Shown: positions 61,901-64,000, counted from the stretch's first letter. The stretch is 64,000 bases of DNA from Candidatus Obscuribacterales bacterium (GCA_019744775.1 JAIETZ010000006.1:41092-105091); one strand, 5' to 3'. Translations and numbers: made by a program. The notes: generated from the letters alone by a model not told the origin.

Positions 61901-64000
61901 GCGGCGGCAACTCTGCAATCATCGTTCGCGCCAGCGGCACCAACCACACTGTCACCGTCAACTCCAGCTACACTCTTAATGCCGGCGCTTCCGGCTATGT
62001 CGCCATCGAAGCAGACAATTTGAGTGTCGGTTCAAGCGTCACAACTTCCTCCAACAGCCCAGTTGCCTTCTATGGACAAAACCTAACCCTCAGCGGTGGC
62101 GCTGTCGTTACCAGCCCCACAGGCGTGTCCTTGTTTGCCTCCGGTGGCTCCAATGTATTGACCATCACAGCGCCCGACGCCACCTCCGCTCAAATTTCCT
62201 CAACTGCCGGACTGGAATTCCATGGCAACAGCATTGTCTTCGCCAAATCAGCAGGCGGCAACACCACTTTCCTCAACTTGAATAATTCCCCTGTCTACAT
62301 TCAATCAGTCGGCGGCAACGTTACTATAAATCCGAGCGTCACAGTGAGATCAAACAACGACATTACACTGCAAGCAAACAGCAATGCCGCCTTCAATATC
62401 AACGGCACTTTGGAATCAACCAAAAACGGCGGTGTCATCAGCCTCTCCGGCAACAACGGACTGACCATTGGCGGTACCACTGCCGGCACAGTCAAGGTTT
62501 CAGGCTCAGGAGCCAACTCCATCTCAGTATTCGGCTTTGGTAGCGGCTTGACTCTGAATAATTCACTGACACTAGATGCCGGCAGCTCAGGCACAGCAAT
62601 AATAGGCGCTGCCTCCGGCAACATGACAATGGCAGCCAACAAGTCAATCACATTCGCAAATTCCACTGCCGGCAGCGTCCAAGCAACGACACTTCTTATG
62701 TCAGGCGGCAACACAATTACAGGCAGCAAGACATCAGGCACGGCACTCTCCATTTTCTCGCCTAATCCAAATCCATTTACTCTCAATTTGCAAGCTACTA
62801 CAACCAATACCATCGCCTCAGGCGGTGGCGCCATCAACATCTTCTCTCCGAAAAATGTCACTGTAGGCATAAATGGTGGCGGACCGACAGACACTGCCAC
62901 ACTGAATTTGAATGGCGGTCCGGTAACGATTACATCTAATCAAGGCACGACGGTTATCAGCTCACGCGTGATTATCAATTCGCAAAATGACGTCACTTTC
63001 AATGTCAATCAAATTACCGTTGGGGCTTCCGGTCAAATCAATACATCCAACGGCTCGATTTCGCTGATTGCCCGCACAGGGACTATCAGTATTGGCAACA
63101 ATGTCACCATGTACGCTAATGAGGGTAATTTGATTATTCAAAACACCGACAGTTCAGGCGGCACAATAGACATTGCCTCCGGCGCCAACCTAACCGGTTA
63201 TACCGACAGCAACCCATCATTCGGTTACGTCAACATCGTTGTCGGTCCGATTCCATCAATGCCTGTTGTTGGAACTGTGCCTGCTAATGTAATCACCAAT
63301 CAATCAGGTGGTGGCGTTATCTATTTCGGCGCCAGCAGCATTAACGCTTCGGCTCCGGATAACACAATTAACGCCAAAGGCCGCGATGTTGTATTCAGCA
63401 CAGGCGAGCAAGGATCGTCTGCCATCACTCTTGGTGGCAACGTGACAATCACTGCCGACCCGCCGGAGCATCCAGCAGCCTCCAATACAATTACAACTGC
63501 CGAAGTGCCGACATTCATGAGCATGTTCATGAACTCCAGCGCTTTGACAGCAACCGATAGCACTTCCATAAACAGCCAACGAAATTCGAGCATCGCCACA
63601 ACCGTCATCCCATTTGATTCCAGCCCGGCATCAAGTGTCAACACCTCAGTTGTCCAGGACACCATCGGCAATGTCGTCAATCAGGCTCTTGAGCAATCGG
63701 GCATCCTCGACGGCGCTCCTAAGGTCAAAGACAAAGACGAAGACAAAGAAAACTCCAAGAATCCCTACCAACCAATCAGCTACTCACCGGATCAACCAAT
63801 CAGCTACTCGCCAGCAGTCGCCAATACGGCTAAGTTTGTTCCAGTGAGCAGCAGTCACAGCCTTTGCACTCTAGGTACATCCGGCACCAGCATCAAGTGC
63901 CTGGGCGGATCTCAGGTCTTCGTTGACGAGCCCAATGTCGTCGAGATAAGAAAAGGCGAAGCACTAATTGCGCCGACTAGAAAAGCCACAACGGTTGTTG
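31873..64000 (+). CDS. Giant secreted beta-solenoid-type repeat protein, paralogue 3; 3'-partial (runs off the window, >=10,709 codons in-window)
   Basis: It is not in the ORF track because there is no in-window stop. An in-frame TGA sits at 31834-31836 upstream. ATG 31873 gives MGTSRSLLPTKVLMVLLTWQLILPGFLAFPPAAYA|QD. I checked the frame (pos mod 3 = 1) at His codons 33844, 34621, 35389, 36163, 36940, 39298, 40078, 40849 and 41620. I also checked it at Leu codons 43111, 48964 through 60820 and at Asn 63760. No + strand frame-1 ORF is listed anywhere after 31873, so no stop interrupts it. The last ~550 nt align with the C-terminal region of genes 1 and 2. Confidence 0.87.
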   Translation, partial: MGTSRSLLPTKVLMVLLTWQLILPGFLAFPPAAYAQDASTPPAAPAPAPTPDLDLSSAAKNFTAPTNLSPTNITVGGQTVTVQASQALTAAEFVAVRQVMNTGNQYLQLNDLGVAVGGGLRLNPTLMTGIGNLVVPESVRVSQNAAVLQSLNLAGNFVNSGTYNIFSSNPAVTAASINAANIFNNAGATISSSLANLTLNAVNNIVNAGTITSAGNLSMMAGGSITNTGALAMMSALNNINMTANNIVNSGVIQSQLANINIASQMASNLAMNNMAGQLKALSGNINFRDLAFSGKHNLSLIGGDFLSHQLNMYSGDGIVNADIGNVTGQINISAGEAHVSAATNNLNLGNMNITGDPTYYNTAGDVTISGNLGTSTTPLTVLAIVASGNILTTTGAGSIDTRGLSGNGGAITMVAGAKFTSDGPASGSNDTTSTLTITGASLTGGKIDLNTGAAISYIGSSSTGGVGNGGNIQLVAFAGSASDSGTITLPTSTPVFANGNGGGNGGAISMIAGANSGTAITTGDLTSTGASGTGSIALATAQPTIFTIFNDPNVIISPGGAIGSGAFIAGATTGASISTQNLQTSAGTVSITAGNNAGINTITNAGGTVTINTTSSTAFNIGGGGVNGTTGAITANNTSGQGGTISITNNGSGGITHNTTANLSVTSAGNGRGGAIILNAIGTGAGGPLTIGTGATAVTISANAIGTGSVGVAPAANISLLGTTLSFSTNGLTLSSTGGTSGAGGKVNVSVLGGTLTAGTATSLIINATGGGTSGAGGTISLASSGALAVTTGANFTNAPTNGAGGVYNLTSYGSSVTVTGALSASAVGANGGAGGNIFASAATTASFSSTVSASAIGSIGGAGGTISILSNSGTTFNIGGGGGNGTGGAITANAVTGGQGGQLYITNNGTGGITHNTTANVSVTSAGNGLGGLVQLDAVGSGSGGALVIGNGGTAVTISANASGSGSVGTSNNNILLYGTTITSANGLTLNATGGTTGAGGKIIVSTSNSGITAGSATFVVNAVGGSTSGAGGQITLNSSGALAVTTGANFTAAPTNGAGPSYTFISTGSTIAVTGALSASAVGANGGAGGSIYANAFSSAGFSSTVSASALGSTGGAGGTITIFSNSSSPFNIGGSSTQGTSGAITANAVTGGQGGQVFITNNGIGGITHNTTANISVTAAGNGLGGVVSLDAVGTNSLGGTLTLGTGTAVTITASAAGSGTVGSAVTNNIFLKGSTISFVTNGPILTASGGTTGAGGNIYIEATNGALTAGTAATLRPTATGGSTSGAGGTITIKSSGNLSVTPGAGVFTAAPVSGAGPTYNLISTQGSVTVTAALSASAVGGIGGNGGNITATAGTTVGFTGALSASALVSGNGGSITITSNSSTTFAVGGSGTQGTSTTIAANAVSAGQGGKIFITNNGTGGITHNTSANLSVTAAGNGLGGVISLDAVGSNSVGGPLTLNAAGGVAITASAIGSGTVGVAVSNNIFLKGESLVMGAGGVQANTTGGTTGAGGKITVQITNGALTIGTAATLRLSAIGGGTSGAGGTITISSSGALTATPGANFTASPTNGAGPIFSLTSTGSSVTTLAALSASATGAAGGAGGSITINAATTANITGALGASASGSTGGNGGVISISSNSDSTFNIGGSATQGTSGALLANAATSGQGGVITIINNGVGGITHNTSANISVTAAGNGLGGSVTLDAVGTGTGGPLQIGTGGTAVTIAANASGTGAVGTAPTTNISLKGTTLAYSSLGLTLQATGGTTAPAGGKISVQVTDGAIQTGASNSLLISAVGGSTSGAGGTITISAKGALAVTPGANFTAAPTSGKGGNYNLTSTNDSVSIIGGSLSANGVTSGAGGSITISAGQNNSVSGGRLSFSTSSSTLTANGAGGGNGGSISVTVSSPFAFNIGGAATNANGTGAAITANSGGSGGAGGSVVITSTGIGGITLPGNNISVNATLGAGGTIKLLAAEGPITGPLNIAAGTTLNAGSTMDEGGEIWLSGSTINWTGSAAQGLTLNADASQVVNFGDGGIVSIKTTDSVTSLNIGTGAQSISISARGGDMTGAGGQVTLSSGKDITLSIGSGFVVGPTNGSGATFTFTAGTNASAGSGNISISGGSLYASAVGAGLSGLGGSGGTVTIIAGQNNAAGGTLSFATAGSTILSDSTGTIGGGIISITTNSSTAFNIGGASPGANGTGAAISARATGHAGSGGSITIKNMGSGGITLPGSNILVNASSGAGGTITLDAASGSTAGALTITAGSVLSVNAAGSGNFNGGQITLKGSSISWSGASTPGLTLNANAVGSGNGGSISVTTTGTTSDLAIGTSATSLSLAARGGSLNSSNGKGGTITISAGRDLSVTTSSISVAPQGATGDGATISLIAGATGSTGNLAITGALDASAVTRGSGSSAGGSIALASKSSTTFNVGGGGSNGTTGALSANATQNGQGGTISITNNGTGGITHNTTANISVLSAGQGKGGVISLDAVGSGSGGPLTLGTGATAVTLSANALGQGIGGTTPTNNIFLKGSTLSFSTNGLTLNSNGGRTGSGGKITVQLLSGNITAGTATTLIATATGGTTSGAGGSISLLSGSGSVTVTTGASFTAAPTDGAGPSYTLTSSSQAVSVTGALSASAVGSVGGVGGSITASGGTTLGFSSTVSASAIGSTGGAGGTITLSSTSGSTFNVGGSSTQGTSGAITANAAANGQGGTISITNNSTGGITHNTSANMSITAAGNGEGGAILLDAVGSGAGGTLTLGTGATAVTLDANSIGAGSVGTVMTNNVRLKATSISFSTNGLIVNATGGTTGAGGNISIEATNGALTAGTLTTLVLNAVGGSTSGAGGSITLKSSGALTVTPSASFNAAATSGAGPSYSLTSTGSSVSVAAALSASATGAIGGNGGSITVSAGTTAGFTGAVSASALVSGNGGTISIASNSATTFGVGTSTTQGTNSTIAANAVTSGQGGTVSITNNGTGGITHNTTANLSISSAGNGLGGSIVLDAVGAGSGGPLTLGTGATLLTLTANASGSGTTGTAPTNNIRIKGSTLSFSTNGLSLNATGGTTGSGGNIYVQTTTGAVTAGTATTLIASAIGGSTSGNGGTISLIAGGALTVTPGASFTAAPTSGAGPTYNLTSSNSTVSVAAALSASAVGAIGGNGGSINVSAASTAGFTGAVSANALVSGKGGSIVISTNSGTTFGVGTSTTQGTNSTISANAVSSGQGGTISITNNGTGGITHNTTANISVTSAGNGEGGTIIFDAIGTGTGGTLTLGTGATQVALSANSSGSGNFGTMPTNNIRLKGSTLAFSTNGLALNATGGTTGNGGNISVQVTGGTLTAGTATTLIVNAGGGSTTGAGGTVSLTSSGTLTVTAGASFLVAPTSGNGGNFNLTSTGANVSVTGAFAASAVGTIGGDGGTITVNAATNALFSSTVAASATGINGSTGGTISITTNSSSAFSMGSAATNGTSGAITAQANVGGQGGTVNITNIGGDISTGLSPGVTTSSLNLTSKTGNIGTSGSPVLVSTSMVTSNTGAPGTSFISNSGSATIIGTSSVGGNFSVTGTTSNAEMFTNGTVTSQTGTLTLTNNGTINTYHAITGYALALSTSGSNGSINLDQNATGISGVTITTNGSGNVTNAASTTIGTTNSSITISTNDVSFSGSINAGVGTVSLQQNGNKPISVGGSGGTVSILASDLAAITAGTLVIGNSTQPGAITVAGTIDVSGAGPAGVYNLQFNTTTTFTSTGQTITLGTKSLTINMGNSATLGATTATTGNIYITSGNAPTIDAAVSTLGSLIVTGVNSINATSTIASNFLYLYSDAGIFLNQPVSGNTGVVLIAATNSISADSINANGLNGGNVVLLAAGAVNITGTIDTSSTGGGTGGNINIIASSSFSNIQVQNLTTTGTSGGDVVMSYLGTSLPGIGVNVTGNITTDATGLNGSAGSIALTGSASILISGNISAQATANGSSTTALGGSVFLSSGSTSSTAISVGTINTSATNNGTGDKAGNIILLSATGSTGLNPSNITKGTLTQTGGTAGSNLVYGLNGAATTIPSSLNVTPTTSINIRPGGYDTVQGSGGAGSLNIAMNTGGDTQMLVPLNTSAGSGSTSLFLNSFTQVSGSESLILALPGGLTTNAAINTSSTTGLVNIVAQGAITMGGALNLNSASDVIVQSTNASGITGGFNFTATAARHVQIYGTMTPFSTTVGGNVSLTSTTGATYVSGNITTTPSTSGNGGYVSIVSGTTITKSNITTSATGTTSNGGYIYLNAQGAITTGNLTSTGGASSGVPGRINITAGAGGTGNLVTGTITGAGGSDTSSMYLSSPGSITTGDVNFISTVNMTAGTNVLTGAITTRNNVTLSATSGYVVAGGSISTVPSTSVVGGYLKVDAGTYITVQSINTTAGTGGNSNGGTVYLNAQSDITAGNITVHGQGTGAPGAVLISAGNGGTGNVQIESISGSGVNNGVNVGIDTPGTISAGHIAYVGLVAMSAGTGITLSGINTTPFAATAQAGFIIVRSLTGNINVTNTGITANSSGSGILGATVRLLANAGDITVAGGINLAGTSTASGGGLEVTANNLTLSAGLDGGALNLSGSGTTGSTGYAYLFTQNNVTLNAITMNSGTSGLGSLFYIQAGNSGTGNISTGAITGTTALSGHEMLFMAPGTITVNGNIDIHITSTGCCATFQAVAGNAGTSRAAAQSGTLLINGNIDASGANNGGNVYLVNMGTNGGITVGNINTNVTTSGQGNAVVVIAHGALNLGNINTSATGVFFGGPVFLSSGATSGTAVTTGTITASGGAGSQSLWIAKTSTGGVSLGTLTGFAGQFIGTPTGAVANVTSSQTIALGSGTLTGFNPGGFDSINAPTGTISLTYSAVSPWIPLVVRSGNFSAQTLTGTAGTIGLVYAAGDINIGGNITGISDLKLRSSAGGFTAQNVTITRTGLNSLMGINVSQDITMANTFNWSSSWDGNGGFMGLYSAGGGLNLGTAGNSSSNSISTAASGATGFGGNMIIVTRNSLVDYNTTITSAGGSTSGNAGQISIHSLTGSLDFYSRYNTVTHNNSSILANSNSGAGALIDLQGYNGINFLRDNSLSGGTTNATVSASGTTAAGTILFWNFTDSGILNMSEAIAVSATGTNGGISANIGQTSTINGTLTAPSVLLLTDYLNETITTTGAITASGSGTAVNMTGLGANFVLNGNVTASTASVGVASLGLTIGSSSTVSGVGATLTTFSLANSGVVTSATTGTPVTLTSTGPLTLSGTGAYNLTGGGPNTLTISVTGGATLTVNGTNTFNPGSAGTVNFNAQNYGNSIVFGTGTKTITAATGTVNISSPNVTFQSGTSLSTNLGAGRTLTINSGGGANPLTITGPGTGNTASLVVSGGSFSISPTSGQAVIFTGGGTINFTGGATTISTGSNADITIGTNIGGATAKTISANGTGDIIRVGDSTVSGTTVALSSGTGDIGTSTMFIQTSASSSLTANSGSGGTAFVTNAGAVSIGASTVGSTFSLTTTGASANLTTTGAITSSTGTLTITTNGNLTASNALSGNSLVLVTSSGSNGTIALNANATGTTGITATTDGTGNFTNGASSAISTSGNTPISITANDVTLSGTMSAGSGTVTLVPNGAKSVSFSSTGGTFSIAASDIGAITAGTLIVGTTAQAGGFTIGGAVNVAGAGPAGVFNLQFNNGGAFTSANQTITIGARTLTINTSGASSTTQLGGISGSSGSVTVSSGGTLTIGVGVSSNLTMSGASTINLSTNGNNSGIAVNANISTGSSGSVTINANGSGSISRSGSVTVSGPTVTLVSGSGNIGASGTAILTAATNTLTINTGGSGTADVSNAGAITLGASTVGSNFTFTTTGSSANIGTSGAITSTSGTLTLTANGNITASNAFSGNALVLQTSSGSNGAVTLNANAIGTTGVTITTDGTGNVTNNGATSISSTNAPITITANDVSFTGVNAGTGTVTLQPNGAKAISINGSSGTFTVLSTDLSAITAGTLIIGTTSQAGGMTLQAALNPTANLQLLNGGNFTSGGQTITMGSRTLTINALGTTTVNAISGSGSTTLSVNGGTGLTVNGIVNISGIGGTINLTTSNNGSIALNADVGQTGVTTNISANGSGNITNGGSIVSGDFVNLSSGTGNIGTVGTPIQVGQTGDKSVNTGGTGSAFITSAFNLSLITSTVGGTFTVTTTGASNIIGVNGALTSTSGTLTLTSNLGSVVVGNPVSGNTVVLQTGSTSNGTITINSSGSVTGTNGVTITTDGTGDLVVSNSNAISSTNAAIAITANTVTLGTGTINAGSGTVSLLPNGAKSIAVGGSGIGGTFSISGTELAAITAGTLIVGTTTQTGGLTVSGAINVSGTGAGTYHLQFNNGGNYTSSGQTITLGDHNLTVNSLGTINSGTVTGSLSTVNMTSSSTTTISSAVTVGSSGTVSLTTTSNGAVTVNANLGGGSSTTITTNGTGDVTNAVSTTISAASGGTISITANDVTFSGSVSAPSGTVTILPNGNKSITVAGGAGTMTIAASDLSAITAGTLILGTTTNSGGLTISGTVDVSGAGPAGVYNLQLNNGGAFTSSGQTINLGAKTLTVNTLGASSTTTLGAINGTTSNVTVSSGGTLTLSSAMAISGTATVSLSTNGNNSGIAINANASTGASGSIALNANGSGTISRTGAVTLTSGTLQLTSGTGNIGSGGTPIQTAASILTANTGSPGTATITNAGAVTLGASTVGGNFSVTTTGASATIGTSGNITSTFGSLTLTANGTITTSNTVSASTLILQTSSGSNGAVNLNANATGSSSVTITTDGTGNVTNAVSTSISSSIAVTITANDVAFSGSVSSGGNLSLIPNGAKSITVGSAGGTFNVQSADLSAITAGTLIVGSTSQAGGLTIGSALNVSGSGAGAYNLQFNNGDVFTSSGQTITLGAKTLTVTTLGASSTTTLGAISGTTSNITVSSGGTLTVSGAIAVSGTATVQLQTPANSSQIAINNNVSTGSGGTINITNTGNVSRSGSFTLTSGTVNFQNNGGTVGSAGTPMLTAVSNLTVNGTSSGSSTISNTGAVSIGGSSITGDLSITTTGASANITTTTSSIQSISNSLTLIANGNITTTSGVSGFTGLTLQTSSGTNGNINLQGSLNAGAPNGSVVITTDGTGNVTSTTQPINGANNVTITANDVSFGSAVLATTLTLIPNGAKSISVASSSGTFSVTTSDIAQFNAVDIVIGTTAQAGGLTVGGALNISSSTFSSLQLNNGGNITSSGQTITLGAKPLSINAVGTITYGSIVSTTGNISMTSGSTLSIPTAITISSSGIISLTTNAANAAITISANVNAGASGIINVSANGSGTITRSGSVTLTANTVNLTSTSGNIGASGTPILTAAGTLTANTGGSATADISNTGALLIGTSTIGGNFSVTTTGASATIGTSGSITSTSGILTLTGNGTITASNALSGNALVLQTSSGSNGAITLNANATGTTGVTITTDGTGNVTNAGSTSISSTNSAVTITANDVAFSGTVNAGTNTVTLLPNGSKSITVGSAGGTFNVQSADLSAITTGTLIVGTGAQTGGLTVDSNIDVSGAGPSGVYNLDFRNASSITSAGQTITLGAKSLNIQTFASSSITLGAISGTTSPVTVTSSGTLTIGAAIAVSGTATINLSSGTNSDTTINANISTGASGAIQIFAGGTGSITRSGAATLTSGSVSLMTITGSIGSSGTPILTSTALLSANTGSPGTATISNAGATTLGSSVVGGNFSVTTTGASANLSVASNAVSTNGTLSLTANGTLSAAGPSSGNIVLLTTSSGSNGAITLNNNVTGTNGITITADGTGNVTNAVSTSISTTNSPISITANDVAFSGSVNAGTNNIFLNPNGAKSISVGGTGGTFSVTGSDLSGITASTLTIGDYSIAGGLTVSGSINVSGSGAGAYNLQLYNGGAFTSSGQTITLGAKSLEITTLGASSTTTLGAISGTTSSINVSSGGTLTVNGAINVSGTATVILFANGNNSAVSINANVSTGAGGEIDVTGNGSGNITRTGAVTLTSGTVRLLSSSGSIGSSGTPIQTAATTLTANNTSTGTADITNAGAVTLGGSSIAGNFSVTTTGASATIGTSGSVTSSTATLTLSANGTITASNALFGASVVLQTSSGSNGSVTLNADTTASGGSLTITTDGTGNVTNAGSTSLTCGSCSMLITANDVTFSGSVNATGGNTVTLRPNGAKSISVGGTGGTFSVASSDLSAITAGTLVVGTTAQAGGLTVANGLNVSGSGAGAYNLQFNNGGAFTSSGQTITLGAKTLTITTTGGSSTTNLGAVNGTTSNVTVSSGGALTVSGAMSISGTATVSLATSGSNSAISITANASTGASGTMSLNANGSGTITRTGAVTLTSGTVNLISGTGNIGSGATPIQTAASILTVNSGNPATADITNAGAVTLGTSTVGTNLSITTTGASANLGTSGAITTTLGNMSLTANGNITISNTLIAGSTGNTLTLTTSSGSNGTIAVNANATANNGNINITTDGTGNVTNAVSTQISSNNITITANDVAFSGTLVGGLSVSLLPNGNKSISVNGTGGTFSVTAADLAAIATTTLIIGTTAQSGGLTIISDFNSPVSILTFRNGGNYTAAGRTITLNSASLTINALGTVDTGSTTGTNNTLNITGGGITVSGNLVGDLGALLTTTSNGSIAINGNVNAGGNEADITTNGSGSITRSGNVTITGSIVRLASGTGNIGTVGTAIQTTTNNILSINTGGSGTATVTNTYAGPILLDTSTVGGDFSLSTTGASGNLNTFGNVTSTSGTLTFAINGTIQIGHAVSGNAAIVQTSSGSNGSILVNSSAGSSLTGTTGVTITTDGSGVLSVASARTISTTNAPITVTAEDILLSGSLNAGTNTVTLVPNGSKAIAISGGGATFNVDNGELSRITAGTLIVGSRAVTGNLTVNGAVNVSGSGAGAYNLQFNNGGTFTSSGQTITLGTKNLTISASGIVTLGTINGSSGTVSVTSGSALTISNALSLSGSGTITLATDTGNTNVALNAAVSTGASGIINITASGSGDITSGNSGIDLTTGTVNLTSGSGSIYRVVGSGPISVSASSLSVNTGNPGTAQILTSGPITLATSSVGGNFTVTTAGSINTSGTVTSVNGTLNLDAAGTITVSNPMSGNFVLLQTHVTSNGSVALNANLTGTTGVNITTDGTGNVTNAGSTSITAVDQPINITANNVTFSGTVNAGTTGIVTLKPNGAKSISVGASSSTFNVTSTNLSAITAGTLNIGSQSDAGGLTIGGAINVSGSGAGAFNLYLNNAGAVTSSGQTITIGSKLLQITTTTPSGTVTLGTISGTTGSMTVTSGGNITVGSAVTFSGVAGGVSLVGQTSSNANIAINANVSLAAGSGAITLLTYGTGNITRSGSVTLTSDSVQFVTDTGSIGSAGTPMLTAATQSLSANTGNSGAAYISNAGAIFLTTSSVGGDFSVTTTGASATLGITGNVTSTNGAVTLAANGTITVFNPRTISGNTVVLQTSSGSGGSITLNGNVTGTGGVTITTDGAGNVTNAATKSISTTNSPITITANDVSFSGTVNAGTSLVTLQPNGAKAISVGSTGSTFSVTSSDLSAITAGTLIVGTTSQAGGLTIASSLNVSGSGAGNYNLQFNNGGNYTNSGNTLTLGSKNLTVTSLGTVNTGTVTGTSTTIAMTSGTGMTASGDITASAGSVALTNTGNGTMAINNNITGSTGVTMATNGGTSDINVIVNKTVSATTGDVSLTTPTATINGKLTTAKDDGNVIVQNSGALTMNGTGTLEVTGNGYPTINVQAGGANALNLNGSFTYNSCSSCMVQLQSAASGGSVVVANNSTQTGNNGGYFQFIAPQVTFSGNATVNNTDGYLDLTGNTLSSTITFADNSTVNLNLGTGTAFIGSYDTHALVINKTAGANTATLNVTGEVQTYSYGANQTLAANVVLQSDSNITFNVDGGTLTTNGSIVSTMSGGTITLSGHDSNLTLAGTPQQVAVTGGGNSAIIVRASGTNHTVTVNSSYTLNAGASGYVAIEADNLSVGSSVTTSSNSPVAFYGQNLTLSGGAVVTSPTGVSLFASGGSNVLTITAPDATSAQISSTAGLEFHGNSIVFAKSAGGNTTFLNLNNSPVYIQSVGGNVTINPSVTVRSNNDITLQANSNAAFNINGTLESTKNGGVISLSGNNGLTIGGTTAGTVKVSGSGANSISVFGFGSGLTLNNSLTLDAGSSGTAIIGAASGNMTMAANKSITFANSTAGSVQATTLLMSGGNTITGSKTSGTALSIFSPNPNPFTLNLQATTTNTIASGGGAINIFSPKNVTVGINGGGPTDTATLNLNGGPVTITSNQGTTVISSRVIINSQNDVTFNVNQITVGASGQINTSNGSISLIARTGTISIGNNVTMYANEGNLIIQNTDSSGGTIDIASGANLTGYTDSNPSFGYVNIVVGPIPSMPVVGTVPANVITNQSGGGVIYFGASSINASAPDNTINAKGRDVVFSTGEQGSSAITLGGNVTITADPPEHPAASNTITTAEVPTFMSMFMNSSALTATDSTSINSQRNSSIATTVIPFDSSPASSVNTSVVQDTIGNVVNQALEQSGILDGAPKVKDKDEDKENSKNPYQPISYSPDQPISYSPAVANTAKFVPVSSSHSLCTLGTSGTSIKCLGGSQVFVDEPNVVEIRKGEALIAPTRKATTVV
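31978..33000 (+). other. Conserved N-terminal head domain (gene 3), with an extra TAAEF-type module at about 32050-32320
   Basis: It has the same collinear motifs as the gene 2 head. The extra N-terminal segment is QALTAAEFVAVRQVMNTGNQYLQLNDLGVAVGGGLRLNPTLMTGIGNLVVPESVRV. This resembles the TAAE(L/F)...LVIPASV module found inside the 2.47-kb supermodules of genes 1 and 2. Confidence 0.65.
33610..37400 (+). repeat. B-type superrepeat array, block 1 (5 units of 256-259 codons)
   Basis: The His codons of the GGITHNT motif lie at 33844, 34621, 35389, 36163 and 36940, with spacings of 777, 768, 774 and 777 nt. The units are collinear (FNIGG..ITANA..GQGG.I.ITNNG.GGITHNT.AN.SVT.AGNG.GG...LDAVG...). 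Confidence 0.85.
37400..39150 (+). repeat. A-type units (2, ~280 aa each) interrupting the B array of gene 3
   Basis: GGSVVITSTGIGGITLPGNNISVNA occurs at ~37705-37770 and GGSITIKNMGSGGITLPGSNILVNA at ~38545-38610. ISISARGGDMTGAGGQVTLSSGKDITLS and VVGPTNGSGATFTFTAG match gene 1 A-type units (ALSARGGLTGGDGGIIFLSAGRNLTI and VVGPQAGTGKGADITFRA). Confidence 0.7.
39150..42390 (+). repeat. B-type superrepeat array, block 2 (4 units)
   Basis: The GGITHNT His codons lie at 39298, 40078, 40849 and 41620, with spacings of 780, 771 and 771 nt. Confidence 0.85.
42390..43200 (+). repeat. Isolated C-type unit of gene 3
   Basis: The sequence is ITISTNDVSFSGSINAGVGTVSLQQNGNKPISVGGSGGTVSILASDLAAITAGTLVIGNSTQPGAITVAGTIDVSGAGPAGVYNLQFN (Leu codon 43111). 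It has the same motif order as the 48.2-60.9 kb array. Confidence 0.75.
43200..48200 (+). other. Least-repetitive core of gene 3 (~5 kb), relatively rich in aromatic residues
   Basis: I saw no long-period tandem repeat here. Local ~145-aa units occur near 44.6 and 45.06 kb (NGGYIYLNAQGAITTGNLT vs NGGTVYLNAQSDITAGNIT). Trp-containing segments are SLWIAK, SPWIPLVVRSGNF, NTFNWSSSWDGNGGFMGLY and ILFWNFTDSG. A CC pair lies at 45958-45963. Confidence 0.6.
48200..60900 (+). repeat. C-type superrepeat array (12-13 units of ~339-348 codons; one truncated to 196 codons)
   Basis: The Leu codons of the (Y/F)NLQFNNGG motif lie at 48964, 49984, 51019, 51607, 52627, 53644, 54664, 55684, 56716, 57733, 58756, 59776 and 60820. 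The spacings are 1020, 1035, 588, 1020, 1017, 1020, 1020, 1032, 1017, 1023, 1020 and 1044 nt. Confidence 0.88.
61240..63465 (+). other. Shared C-terminal beta-helix module of gene 3
   Basis: It has the same motif order: TINVQAGGANALNLNGSFTYNSCSSCMVQLQS, GYLDLTGNTLSS, FIGSYDTHALVINKTAGAN, NPNPFTLNLQA and MYANEGNLIIQNT. ITADPP lies at 63448-63465. Confidence 0.85.
63769..63816 (+). repeat. 24-nt in-frame tandem duplication (QPISYSPD / QPISYSPA)
   Basis: caaccaatcagctactcaccg (63769-63789) matches caaccaatcagctactcgcca (63793-63813) at 19 of 21 positions. Genes 1 and 2 carry a single PISYSP. Confidence 0.85.
63835..64000 (+). other. Start of the FecR-like beta domain (inferred) of gene 3, cut by the window edge
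   Basis: The sequence is FVPVSSSHSLCTLGTSGTSIKCLGGSQVFVDEPNVVEIRKGEALIAPTRKATTVV. It aligns with the same domain in genes 1 and 2. Confidence 0.4.
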
